Part shown: one piece after another, positions 1 to 13,611 of the stretch
Position numbering within the stretch: the stretch's first letter is position 1
Layout of the letters: each line of letters opens with the position of its first letter
Assembly (NCBI GenBank): GCA_012295275.1
Contig: CM022677.1
Coordinates: 25,482,001 to 25,546,000, forward strand
Length of the DNA: 64,000 nt
Direction: 5' to 3'
From: Chrysomallon squamiferum
Taxonomy: Eukaryota > Animalia > Mollusca
Position numbers and translations under genes: made by a program
Notes under the pieces: model-generated
The model's database searches: none
Told to the model about the DNA's origin: nothing
What the model saw: the letters and a program-made list of their open reading frames with translations, nothing else

Positions 1-1000
1 GTTAATGTGTGTCTATGTTAGTGTGCATGTGTTAATATGTGTCTATGTTAATATGCATGTGTTAATGTGTGTCTATGTTAGTGTGCATGTGTAAATATGT
101 GTCTATGTTAATATGCATGTGTTAATGTGTGTCTATGTTAGTGTGCATGTGTAAATATGTGTCTATGTTAATATGCATGTGTTAATGTGTGTCTATGTTA
201 GTGTGCATGTGTTAATATGTGTCTATGTTAATATGCATGTGTTAATGTGTGTCTATGTTAGTGTGCATGTGTTAATATGTGTCTATGTTAATATGCATGT
301 GTTAATGTGTGTCTATGTTAGTATGCATGTGTTAATGTGTGTCTATGTTAGTGTCTATCTGTTAATGTGTGTCTATGTTAGTGTGCATCTGTTAATCTGT
401 GTCTATGTTAGTGTGCATCTGTTAATGTGTGTCTATGTTAGTGTGCATCTGTTAATGTGTGTCTATGTTAGTGTGCATCTGTTAGTGTGTGTCTATGTTA
501 GTGTACATCTGTTAATGTGTGTCTATGTTAGTGTGCATCTGTTAATCTGTGTCTATGTTAGTGTGCATCTGTTAATGTGTGTCTATGTTAGTGTGCATCT
601 GTTAATGTGTGTCTATGTTAGTGTGTATGTGTTAATATGTGTCTATGTTAGTATGCATCTGTTAGTGTGTGTCTATGTTAGTGTGCATCTGTTAATGTGT
701 GTCTATGTTAGTGTGCATCTGTTAATGTGTGTCTATGTTAGTGTGCATCTGTTAATGTGTGTCTATGTTAGTGTGTATGTGTTAATATGTGTCTATGTTA
801 GTATGCATGTGTACATGTTTGTCTTTGTTAGTTTGCATGTGTTAATATGTGTCTATATTAGTGTGCATATGTTTATGTTTGTCTATGTTAGTGTGCGTGT
901 GTTAATGTGTGTCTATGTTATTGTACATGGTTAATATGTGTCTATGTTAATGTGTAACTGTGTTAATATGTGTGTATATGTTAGTGTGCATGTGTAAATA
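1..1000. repeat. 30-bp minisatellite (consensus gttaatgtgtgtctatgttagtgtgcatgt), ~32 copies, decaying at the right end
   Basis: Exact 30-nt periodicity (two units per 60-nt line); ORF 173..934 is only its translation. Confidence 0.95.
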
Positions 1001-1766
1001 TGTGTGTGTGTTTATGTAAACATGTCGTGCAGTGCTGTTAACGTAAGAATGATAATTCAGTTCCTACACACTGAATCATTTTGGCATCTCACAATATCTC
1101 ATTTTAGATACTGTACAAGGGATTGTTACAAATAAACACTTGTCCACCTTAACAAAATATATCTTTCTTATTATATATTGAAATCTAGACTCTGTTATAC
1201 ACCAGAGACAAAAAATAATAATTAAAAATAATGTTATTTATTTATGGTCCTGAAGCCCGATTTCTGGAAATGTGATATACGTTTTAATTAATTTTACAAA
1301 TGAGTTTTGTAAATAATGAACAGGCATGTAGCGTTTCAAGATCCAGCGTTAAAATAAAAATAAATAAAGAAAGAAAGAAAGAAAGAAAAAAAGAAAAAAA
1401 AAGAAAATTGGCGATGGATAACGAACGAAAAAACGAACTACTATTAAATATTCTAACAAATACTGGAGCCATTTTGACTTAGCTGTAGTAATGACAATTT
1501 AAGAGCTTGTACTTTCTGCTAATTAAAAAGAAGAAGAAGAAGAAGAAGAAGAAGAAGAAGAAGAAGAAGAAGAAGAAAAAGAAGAAGAAGAAGAAGAAGA
1601 AAGATATTGTCACACTAATCGGCAAGACAAAACTGATACAAATGTACTGAAGTTTAATTAAAACCAAATAGTTATTGCTGTACTGTTTCTAGTACTACTG
1701 TCGCTAAATACTACTTCTATCTATACACTAACTTCTACTTTTTCTATTAATTCATTTTTATCGCAG

Positions 1767-1807
<41 letters not shown>

Positions 1808-2819
1808 TGTTATTGTTATTGTTGCTGTTGTTGCTTTTGTTGTTGCTGTTATTATTATTATAGTTGTTGTTGTTGCTATCATTATTATTATGGTTATTAT
1901 TCATTTATTTATTTATTTATTTACTTATGTATGTATTTGTTTATTTTCTCTTAGTTTATTTATTTATTTATTGACTTAGATACTTATTTGTTTATTTGTT
2001 TATTTATTTGTTAATTTGTTTATTTATTTACTAACTTACATTTTAATTTATTTATTTATTTATTTATTTATTTACTTATTTTTAACTTATCTTTTATTTT
2101 TATTTTTTTTCAAAAAGCCTTTTAGTTGAGTGACATATCTGGACAGTTAGATCTAAAAAAAGAAAAAAAAAAGTAACAATGGTGTTTCTGACATATTTTA
2201 TATTTAAGCTCCAGTCATCCATCATAAATATAAAAAAATATATATATGTGGTGGAAGATATAAATAGCGATGTCTCCATTTAGCGTAGCTTCGAGATCAC
2301 GGTCACGACGTTGTATAAAAACATCACAACGTTGTCACATCTGCTGTTGTGTCCTGAACTGCTCCAACGAAACAGATGACGCCGAGTTACTCGTGACGTT
2401 GTTGTCACCCTCGTTGACGTCGATATTGGACGACAGGAGTCGTTGTTGTGAAAACGGAACGTTAAAATACATTGTGAAATTTTGTTTTCCGTTGAAGAAA
2501 CGTCATTGCTGTCGTTGTCTTCGTTGATGATAATAACGGACGTTTGTTTGTTGCAAAAAGTGAAGTTCAGATATAATTGTGAATTGTGTTTCCGTTGAAG
2601 GAAAGTCATTGCTGTCGTTGCTCTGGGAAGTGTTGACCTTGAACTAGGCTGAGCATACAAATAAGACGTCGTCGATGTTGCAGGAACGCGGAACTAGTGC
2701 CGTTTCCGTAGCTGCAGTTATGCAGTAGAAAACTGTTTCATTTCCATTACAAATAGTGGTGCTGTTAATGACGTTGTGAAAATTATATACTTATTCCTTT
2801 AGACGTCGCAGTAACAGCC

Positions 2820-2963
2820 ATGACGTCAGTACACCTGTTAATTATAGTTTGTGTTGTTCTCGACGTTGTCGTTGCTGATGTTCGGCTGATTAAGCCAGCT
2901 TCGAGAAGGACAATGATACCTAAAGGAGAACCAGTTACACCCAACAACTGTGGAGGATTCGAC
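2820..2963 (+). CDS. LPMO-like gene coding exon 1 (signal peptide and domain N-terminus)
   Basis: ATG at 2820, ends GGA TTC GAC|gtaagt; upstream ttcctttag acceptor at 2802 hints at an earlier 5'UTR exon. Confidence 0.85.
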
Positions 2964-2974
2964 GTAAGTAACGT

Positions 2975-3009
<35 letters not shown>

Positions 3010-3043
3010 ATAATAATAATAATAATAATAATACTTCTACTAT

Positions 3044-3078
<35 letters not shown>

Positions 3079-3955
3079 TTAACATTACTATTACTACTAC
3101 TAGTACTACTAGTACTACTACTACTACTACTACTACTATTACTACTAATACTACTATTACTATTAATATTACTATTACTACTACTAGTACTACTAGAACT
3201 ACTACTACTACTATTACTAATACTACTACTAATAATAATAATAATAATACTTCTACTACTACTATTACTACTACTATTAATATTACTACCACTACTACTG
3301 TTACTACTACTACTAGTACTATTAATATTACTATTACTACTACTAGTACTACTACTAGTACTACTAGTACAACTACTACTACTACTACTATTACTAATAA
3401 TACTAATACTAATACTAATACTACTGCTATTAATAAAATTACTACTGCCATTAATTCAAATACTACTACTACTACTAGTACTACTATTACTACTACAGTT
3501 ACTACTGATATTACCACTACTACTACTACTAATACTGCTGATACTAATACTAATACTACCACTACTACTACGCTACAATTATACTAATATTACTAGTACT
3601 ACAATTGCTACTACTACTACTTCAAGTGCTACTAATACTAATACTAACACTAGCACTACAATTACTACTACTTATAACTGCTACTACTACTACTACAACT
3701 GCTACTAATAACTACACCTGCTACTCCTACTAAAACTACTACTACCGCAGTTACTACTATTACTACTATAGCTGCTACAACTACTACAACTGTAACTACT
3801 ACTATTACTACTACTACAGCTGCAGCAACTACAACTATTGCTAGACCGCTACTACTATTATAACATGTAATGTTGTATTACTACTACAACTATTACAACT
3901 TCTAGTATTACTAATATTACTATTATTACTCCTAATCCTACTAAGTACTAGTAGG

Positions 3956-4023
<68 letters not shown>

Positions 4024-4303
4024 TACTACTACAACTAAAGATATCACAGCTCTTAATGTTTTTGTTGGTTGCTTTGCTTTTGTTATAGTCTCTAGTATTC
4101 TACAGTAGTTATTATTATTATTATTATTACTATTATTATTAGTAGTAGTAGTAGTAATAGTAGTAGTAGCACTATTAATATTACTATTATTATTATTTTT
4201 ATCATTATTGTATTATTACTACTATTACTACTACTACTGCTACTACTACTACTACTACTATTGTTCTGTTGTCCTTGTTACTTTTATTTACATTGTGAAA
4301 CTA

Positions 4304-4336
<33 letters not shown>

Positions 4337-4399
4337 AATATATATATACATACACACACATATATATATACACACACACACACACATATATATACACAC

Positions 4400-4448
<49 letters not shown>

Positions 4449-4916
4449 CATACACACACACACATACACACACATATATACACACACACACATATATCTA
4501 TATATGTATATATTTATATTTACACCAGGCACAGTGGGCTAACTCTACATTCTGCTGCGGGATATGCGGCGACCCGTGCACCGGTCCGCGCCACAGCGAG
4601 GCTCCAGGGAAGTACGTCACAGACACGATAGCCGCGACGTACGAGCAGGGCTCTGTGATTGACGTCACGGTCACCCAGGACAAGCCTTACGTCATGGGCT
4701 ACTTCGAGTTCCGCGTGTGCGCTCACTCGAGTCTTGCGACTCCGGCGACGCAGGCCTGCCTCGACGAGCACGTGCTGCTCGTGGACGAGCCCGGCGTCCA
4801 CACGAGGTTTTATCCCGGGAGCACGGCGGGAACGTTCAACGTCCGCCTGCGTCTGCCCACGTCGCTGACGTGCACGCGTTGCGTCCTCCAGATGAAACAC
4901 GTAGCAGGTAAAATAT

Positions 4917-4956
<40 letters not shown>

Positions 4957-6229
4957 CTGAATGGAAGGATAGATGGGTCGAGTACATAGACAGGCAGAAC
5001 TGGGTGGACTTATGGATAGACAGACAGATAGACAGACAGACAGATAGATAGATTGATAGACAGAGAGAAAGGGAGACAGACCTAATAATGAATTTTTTTT
5101 TTCTTGTACAGGAAATCGTTTCCCAGAACCCGAGAATCCGTGTAAATGTCTGGGGTGTGGCAAACAGGAGCATTCGTTCAGCTGTGCGGACGTGAAAATA
5201 AAGAAAGGAGCGACGACTACACCGCCACCAAGCAACGAGAAGCCTCCTACAGAAGGAGCAGGTCCACCGCTCGTTACCACGCCGAGTCCAGGAAATGGTA
5301 ACCAAGGAAACGACATTCCAGCACCAGTTCTTAATCCTGACAACAACGCAAATAATGCAAATACCGGTAACACAACCACGGGAAGTAATTCTGGTAATTC
5401 CACCGCGGGAAGTAGCAGTGCGTCGCCAACAAACACGTCATCCAACGCCGGAAACAACGACACGGGAAGTCTAGCGGCGATTCCAGACATGGGAGATAAC
5501 TCTGGAGCTAGTAGCGCAGGAACGTCAAACACTGGAAACAGCACCGCCACAACGAACACGGGAAGCAGTTCGGGAACGGGAAACACGAGCGGTAACTCTA
5601 GTTCGAACAGCACGGGCTCAGGAAAACCAAACGTCTCTGGAAACACGGGAGATAACTCTAATTCCAGCATCGCCACGGGCAGTAACTCCGGTGGCAACAA
5701 CACCATCACGGGCAGTAACTCCGGTGGCAACAACACCATCACGGGCAGTAACTCCGGCGGCAACAACACCATCACGGGCAGTAACTCCGTCGGCAACAAC
5801 ACCATCACGGGCAGTAACTCCGTCGGCAACAACACCATCACGGGCAGCAACTCCGTCGGCAACAACACCATCAGCAACGCCGGCTACAACAACGCCGCCA
5901 GCAGCCGGAGAAAACTACCAACGCCGTCATCGTGCACGCCGAAGTCGAAGGACTACAAATGTTCGTCTCGAGTGTCGTACATCTCCAATCACTGGTGTCT
6001 GCAGAACTGTCTCCTGGGAAACTGCAACCCGAAGATGTGCTACTGCTACTGCGTCGACGACTCCGCGGCTGACGCCACTACGCCGGCACCACCGCCGCTG
6101 CCCAAGACGTGCAAGTCGGCGGACGACCCGAAGTACGATACGTGGTGCGCGACGAACTACGCCAACCAGTGGTGCCCGACCGTCTTTTGCAAACTCATTG
6201 ACAACTCCGACAACGCCATCGGAAATTAA
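2820..6229 (+). CDS. Secreted AA15/chitin-binding type-4 LPMO-fold protein, apparently lacking the His-brace; exons 2820-2963, 4529-4907, 5112-6229; ~546 aa
   Basis: Signal peptide MTSVHLLIIVCVVLDVVVA; AA15-like motifs RLIKPASR, NCGGF, CGICGDP, GYFEFRVC, TQACLD, LTCTRCVLQ, GCGKQE..SCADV; donor/acceptor phases match (0 then 1). Confidence 0.9.
2964..4528. repeat. Intronic (ACT/AAT)n, (TA)n and (CA)n microsatellite tracts
   Basis: Simple repeats seen directly. Confidence 0.9.
4529..4907 (+). CDS. LPMO-like gene exon 2 (core of AA15-like domain)
   Basis: accag|GCA CAG TGG ... GTA GCA G|gtaaaa; GC-rich; AQWANSTFCCGICGDP...CVLQMKHVAG. Confidence 0.92.
5112..6229 (+). CDS. LPMO-like gene exon 3 (domain end, Gly/Asn/Ser/Thr linker, two Cys-rich modules, stop)
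   Basis: gtacag|GA AAT CGT; in frame with ORF 5192..6229. Confidence 0.9.
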
Positions 6230-6254
6230 AAAAAAAATAAAAAAAAAAAAAATG

Positions 6255-6500
6255 TTCTACGACGACATCATCCAAAAGTGACATAGACTTACACAACATC
6301 ATGTGAATATAATAATAAAATAAATTCAAAAATAAAAAACAGCTACGACGACATCATCCAAAAGTGACATAGACTTCTACAACATCATGTGAAAATAATA
6401 ATAAAATAAATTTAAAAAATAAAGAACAGCTACGACGACATAACCTAAAAGTGACATAGAATTATACAACATCATGTGAAAATTATAAAAAAAAATAAAA
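6255..6500. repeat. Three ~87-bp direct repeats in the putative 3'UTR
   Basis: ctacgacgacat.a.c.aaaagtgacataga...caacatcatgtgaa repeated at ~6257, ~6343, ~6430. Confidence 0.85.
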
Positions 6501-6819
6501 ATAATAATTAAAAATCACGGCTTTGCAAATTAAAATCGTTCTAGAAACTAAATTAATGTTGAAAAACTGGTGATGTCAAACTACCAACTACAGCTACGCC
6601 TCAACACAAAACGACACCAGTGACGTCGTCGTCAATGTAAATGTGAATTTTCGCGACCTCGGCGACGTGGTTAGACACCCGGGTCATGGATTCGTCCCAC
6701 TGAAAAGCGAATAAAATACAATTTTAATTTTCAGCTTCATAGTTACATGTAAAATTATCTATTACGTTACTATTTACATACATATCCATACATATGCACA
6801 TATGCATATTCATACGTAC

Positions 6820-6870
<51 letters not shown>

Positions 6871-7246
6871 CTACGTACATACATACATACATATATACAT
6901 ACACATAGATACACATATACATATACACACAAATATAAATACATATGTTATTATATTATTATATTATTATTCATAACAGTATGTATGTACATGCATGAAT
7001 ATGCAGAACATATTTAATTTAAGATAAAAGTTCATATTATAATATATGTATACGTATATGTTGATTTTTAGAAAGTTACACAAGGTCTCTAAATTTCAGC
7101 TGAATGATTAGACATTTGTAACGTTAGATTTTTCTAACACGTATTTCTTAGAGACTTACATTTATCTGTTTTGTAAATAAACTTTTATACTTGAATAAAT
7201 ATCTCAATATATGATACATAGTTTGTGGGGTTTTGTACTCATATAT

Positions 7247-7345
<99 letters not shown>

Positions 7346-7471
7346 GAGAGAGAGAGATAGTGAGAGAGTATGACAAACATAGACAGGTATACAGATAGAA
7401 AGGTAGATAGAGACAGACAGATATCTATATTAGGTACTAATATATACAGTGTACTAAGTATGACAACTCAC

Positions 7472-7599
7472 GTTTACATCGTAGATCCAAGTAATATTAG
7501 GGTCAGGTGATCCTGTTACGTCACAGATCAAGTTGACATCATTGTGGTATACAGCAACTACAGTCTTGTTTTTAACACTCACAGTCGGCGGTACTGGAC
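7472..7599 (-). CDS. Half-Ig (I-set-like) domain exon, copy A: PVPPTVSVKNKTVVAVYHNDVNLICDVTGSPDPNITWIYDVN
   Basis: Minus-strand ttttag acceptor and gtgagt donor; Ig B-strand LxC and C-strand W pattern (C.V.G.P.P.I.W). Confidence 0.8.
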
Positions 7600-7656
7600 C
7601 TAAAACAACAACAACATAACAACAATAACGACAACAATAACAACAACAACAACAAC

Positions 7657-7715
<59 letters not shown>

Positions 7716-7753
7716 TAATAAAAAGAAGAAGATGAAGAAGAAGAAGAAGTAGA

Positions 7754-7846
<93 letters not shown>

Positions 7847-7957
7847 TGAGAGAGTATGACAAACATAGACAGGTATACAGATAGAAAGGTAGATAGAGAC
7901 AGACAGATATCTATATTAGGTACTAATATATACAGTGTACTAAGTATGACAACTCAC

Positions 7958-8085
7958 GTTTACATCGTAGATCCAAGTAATATTAGGGTCAGGTGATCCT
8001 GTTACGTCACAGATCAAGTTGACATCATTGTGGTATATAGCAACAACAGTCTTGTTTTTAACACTCACAGTCGGCGGTACTGGAC
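7958..8085 (-). CDS. Half-Ig domain exon, copy B (one V/I and one silent difference from copy A)
   Basis: Same splice sites; offset 486 bp from copy A. Confidence 0.8.
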
Positions 8086-8199
8086 CTAAAACAACAACAA
8101 CAAACAACAATAACGACAACAACAACAACAACAACAACAACAATAATAATAATAATAATACTAATAATAATGATAATAAGAAGAAGAAGATGAAGAAGA

Positions 8200-8329
<130 letters not shown>

Positions 8330-10154
8330 CAAAGTAATCAAAGTAAGTTAGGTCCAAAAATAAATAAGTAAAGACGAACTGGTACACTTAAACTTAAGGA
8401 CACACACTAGATACACAGTGATCTCAATCTCCACCCAAATAATTAATCAGATTACCTGTCTCTGGAGATATTTACACGACTCTGTAACACAGGTAGCAGC
8501 ACTAATCAATACACCTGAGCAGTCCGCACGCCGCACACCTGTATTTTAATTAAAGGTAATCTTCACCTGATTAATTAATAATTACATCAGTTCCCAATCA
8601 AAGACAGACGGATGGTTTCTTTTCAGTGTTGTCGGAGGTTTTACCTAGCTCACTTTGACTTTGATAGTTCAAAACTGAATATGTCATAGAGACATAAGTT
8701 TAGCGTTACCTTGTCCACGGTTATTACCTGGCGATTTGTGTTGAGATTACAGATTGTATGTGGATATATGTTTTTACATGAGGAATATATACAGCTCTGT
8801 TATGTTTTTTGTACAGGTGTGTGATGTGCACAATATCAAATACTTTACAGGTAACAAATAATGGATGTTAGGTCGGAAAATGAAGGTAAGATTTCTTAAA
8901 TACCTATTAGTTTTAGTGTTGTTAATTCTTAATAAAATTGTTTATATTTGTTTTGTTTTTGTTTGTTTTCTTCTTGTTTTTTTTTGTTTTTTTTACGTTC
9001 TTTGCTAGTAATTCAAGTTAATACTAATTATAGTAGCACTTTTAGTAATAGTAATAACTGGAATCATTAATAGCAGCAGTTGTCGTTGTTGTTTTAGACA
9101 TAACAGTAACAGAAGCAGAACTAGTTGCATAAATAGTTTCCGTAACAGTTGTCGTAATTGTAGTAGTAGTAGCAGTAGCTGTAGTAGTAGCAGCAGCAGC
9201 GTATAGTAGTAGTAATAATAAGAAGAATAGTAGTATTAATAACAGTAGTAATAATAATATCAGTAGTAATACCAATATCAGTAGTAGTAGCAGTAGTAGT
9301 AATGGTCATAGTAATGGTAGTTGTAGTAGGGGCAGTAGTGGTATGAGTACGAGTATTAATAATAGTAGTAGCAGTAGTTGTAGAATCAGTGGTTAATGTT
9401 GATGCTGTTGTCCTGGATGATGAATCAAGGGAAAATTATTAAAAAATGTACCTATTATTTAAAACAACGAGTATGTTTGAGGAATGATTTTAGATCTGAG
9501 ATATCTATCATTAATTTTGATTAGAGTCACAATCATAATCACTGTTATATACAGACGCAAATTTGTTTACTTGCAAAATATCACCTGATTACAGACTATT
9601 TTCTGTACGCTCATGCCAGCAGACAAAAAACATATATACTTAATAATTGTGTGTGTTTGTTTCATTTTTATTTTTTTTGTCTCTCTTTCTCTATCTCCAT
9701 ATTGTCTACTTTTCTTTCTCTGTTTTTCGAGCTCTTTTTCAGTGACTGTCATTTTCTGGAATAATTTCAGACAGAAAGCATGAACTTTCTCTGTCTTAGT
9801 CTATCTCTCGCTCTCGTGCTCTCTCTCTCTCTGTCTCACAGACACACACTAAGTCATGCACACAACATACGCACCGACCACACGCACGCGCACATAACAC
9901 ACGCACGCACACATATAAACACCCACACATGTACAATCTGACATGACATATCGCGTGCATACAGCGATTTTAATTAAAAGTAATCAAATGTTCTGAATGC
10001 TCTGATCTCAGAATTGTAGAGAAAACGACAAAACAATTTCATCAAAATGATAAACATCACAGAAATTAACTACTTCGTACATCTTAATAAACTAGTCTGA
10101 GTTTTTGTCAGTAAATTATTTATTCAGTTATACTTCATCTTTCATTTTCTATAC

Positions 10155-10301
<147 letters not shown>

Positions 10302-10370
10302 TTAGGATTTTCTATATATGCACACACAGATATATATATATATATACATACATACATATATATTTATATA

Positions 10371-10406
<36 letters not shown>

Positions 10407-10828
10407 TATATACATATATATTTATATATATATATGTATATATATATTCTAGCTTCATTTTTAACAATCTTTCATTCTCTAACAAGTGGACATTTCTAAA
10501 TATTTACTAGTGACAGTTAAAACCATTCTAGCAAACAGGACATTTGAAACATATATCATATGTCATACTTTGGTTATCCCCATGAAACAGAGAGGTAGTA
10601 ATATATCATACCGAAGTAAAAAAACAAAAAAGAAAAGAAAAAAAACCACTTACATTTTCGCAAATAATATTCCTTGTTATCGCTAACAATATTAATTTAG
10701 GAGTTACTTCCCTTGAAATTAAATTTTCTGTTGATTTCACGACTGGAGTGAGCAAACTTGATCTAGTGCAAATGAACTCAAGTCGTCATATAAGAACATT
10801 CCTATTACTTCTACTACTACTATTACAA

Positions 10829-10873
<45 letters not shown>

Positions 10874-11342
10874 GTACTACTATTACTACGACTACTACTA
10901 CTGCTACTACAAGTACTACTAGTACTACTACTACTGCTACTATTACAACCAGCGTTACTACTACTAATACTACTATTTCTACTACCCCTACTTCAACTAC
11001 TACTACTACTATTACCGCTACTACTCCTCTTACTATTACCGCTACTACTCCTACTTCTACTAATACTCCTACCCCTCCTACTACTACTATTATCAGTATT
11101 ACTAGTACTACTACTACAACTATTGTTACTACTATTTATATTATAACTAATCTATTCGCCGAAAGAGTTTGTTTGATTAATTTCAATGCGAATTAATGTG
11201 CTTATAAAATTCTAGATGAAACAGCAGTTTTGTTGTTGTTGTTGTTGTTGCTGCTGCTTCTGCTGCTTTTTAGTTATCTTACGTTTTAGCTCAGAACCAA
11301 TATCTGCTTCGTAACTGTGTCCTTAGGTGATTTGGTAGCGTT

Positions 11343-11375
<33 letters not shown>

Positions 11376-11395
11376 GGAAGAGAAAGGGAGATATC

Positions 11396-11431
<36 letters not shown>

Positions 11432-11459
11432 GAGAGAGGGAGAGAAAGTGTGTGTGTGT

Positions 11460-11567
<108 letters not shown>

Positions 11568-11621
11568 GAGATATATTAAACAGATACATACAGATAGATA
11601 TATAGAGAGAGAGAGAGAGAT

Positions 11622-11714
<93 letters not shown>

Positions 11715-11868
11715 CGGGCAGACAGACTTACGGATATACACATACCGACCGACAGATAGGCAGACAGACACACATGTAGTTTGACAATGAGACATTCAAT
11801 GAGGCTCAGTAAAAACGAGAGTCACATACACAGAGATTCAATTCATCGGCAATAAAATATTTTACCTT

Positions 11869-11905
<37 letters not shown>

Positions 11906-13072
11906 CTACTCCTTCTCTGAGTAATTTTGCTGTATAAATCGAGCCTTTTATCAAAGTGTGAATATTTTGTCATCAACAATCCCCTCCTCACATTCCTCTA
12001 AACGTCACCCCCCCTCCCCTCCCATCCCATCCCCTCGCCTTCCGGGGCCTCTGAGTGATTTAAAAACGCGCGTGTCATGCGGCGGGTGCAAATTGACTTT
12101 CGTTCTTTTCATGTGAGCACGAAGGCAACTGACGCTACGTGACTCATGAATATTGATGTGAGATTTTTTTCATAAAGAGGCTCGCTGTTTCCTCAAGACT
12201 GCCAGTGCAGATCGTGATTACCCTATTAGCAAGTTTTATTAATAATCGCGTGCGCTGGGGGGGTGCGCGGAAAAAGGAAGAAGAATAAGTGAAGGAAAGA
12301 AAGAAGAAATGAAAATAGAATAGTATGAAGAAAGAAACGATGAAAAAGAAGAAAAGGAGAAATAATGTATAATGAATGTCGTCAATAGAATTAGAAAAAG
12401 GAAAGAGTAAATAAAGGAATGAAGATCAGATGAATGAATGAGAGATGAAGCATGTAGTTCTTCTTCTGCCTTAAGCTACTTCTTTTCGTTCTTCTTTCTT
12501 TTCTACTTCTTCTTCTTTCTTTTCTTCTTTCTACTCTTTTCGTCTTGTCATTACTTCTACTAATCTTGTTACAGTTATTATTATTATTATTATCATCATC
12601 AATATTCTTCTTATTATTATTGTTGTTGTTGTTGTTGTTGTTGTTGTTATTGTTATTCATTCATTCATTCATTACATTTTGTTTCGCTTTAGGATAGTTT
12701 ATTTTACTTTAGGTCACTTATAGTTTAAAAAAAAATTTAAGGGTGTGTCTGTTTTCATATATCTATAGCATTTGATGCAACGTGACGTTCAATATACATT
12801 TTCTATTAGTCACACACGTTTCAAAAAGGACATTATAAAGTTATGTACTGCGCATGTTACGAATTGTAAATTTTACTTGCAAAGTGAACTCATAGGAGAT
12901 ATCGCCAGCATTGAAATAAAATAAAAGAATAATAATAATAAAAAAAATTGTAAAGAAATAAAAGCAGAATACTAGAATACTCTTACATGGTAAATTGATT
13001 CTATTTATCTTTTCTTTTTTATTCTTTCCTCCTTTTTTATTTAGTTATTATTTTTTATATATATATATATAT

Positions 13073-13178
<106 letters not shown>

Positions 13179-13269
13179 AGACATGTCGTTTAAAAAAATA
13201 ATATTCTCTTGTGATTCTCTGTCTTTTTGTTTGGTTTGTTTTGTTTGTTTGTTTGTTTATTTGTTTGAA

Positions 13270-13490
13270 CATCCTGGAATAAGCAGTAGAATATCTGACA
13301 CTTTTAAATCTTTATCCTTTTTTTCGTCAGTTACTGGAATATGAAAAAAGCTATCCGTCCTTTCTCGACTGTTCCAAATTAACTTGGCTATGCTTCCAGT
13401 CATCACATCGTGTCACTAATCTGTCTCAGGATGAAGTCGTTCACCATGTAGATCCTGTTATTTTGTTGTATTTTATTGTTGAATACAACA

Positions 13491-13539
<49 letters not shown>

Positions 13540-13544
13540 TATTA

Positions 13545-13611
<67 letters not shown>

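Noticed and set aside
173-934. 253-aa ORF
   Set aside because: Translation of a 30-bp minisatellite with no coding or splice evidence
2270-2660. Short ORFs and a ~45-bp direct repeat (2471-2517 / 2576-2620) upstream of the LPMO-like gene
   Set aside because: No recognisable protein or splice pattern; probably promoter or 5'UTR/intron
2964-3587. Poly-Thr extension in frame with LPMO exon 1, resembling a secreted mucin
   Set aside because: Begins at a consensus gtaagt donor and is (ACT)n microsatellite; homology continues in exon 2
4810-5877. 355-aa minus-strand ORF and alternative-frame ORF 5691..6281
   Set aside because: Shadows of the LPMO-like exon 3 repeat
6570-6713. Coding-looking stretch downstream of the LPMO stop
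   Set aside because: No clear acceptor or start in frame; treated as 3'UTR
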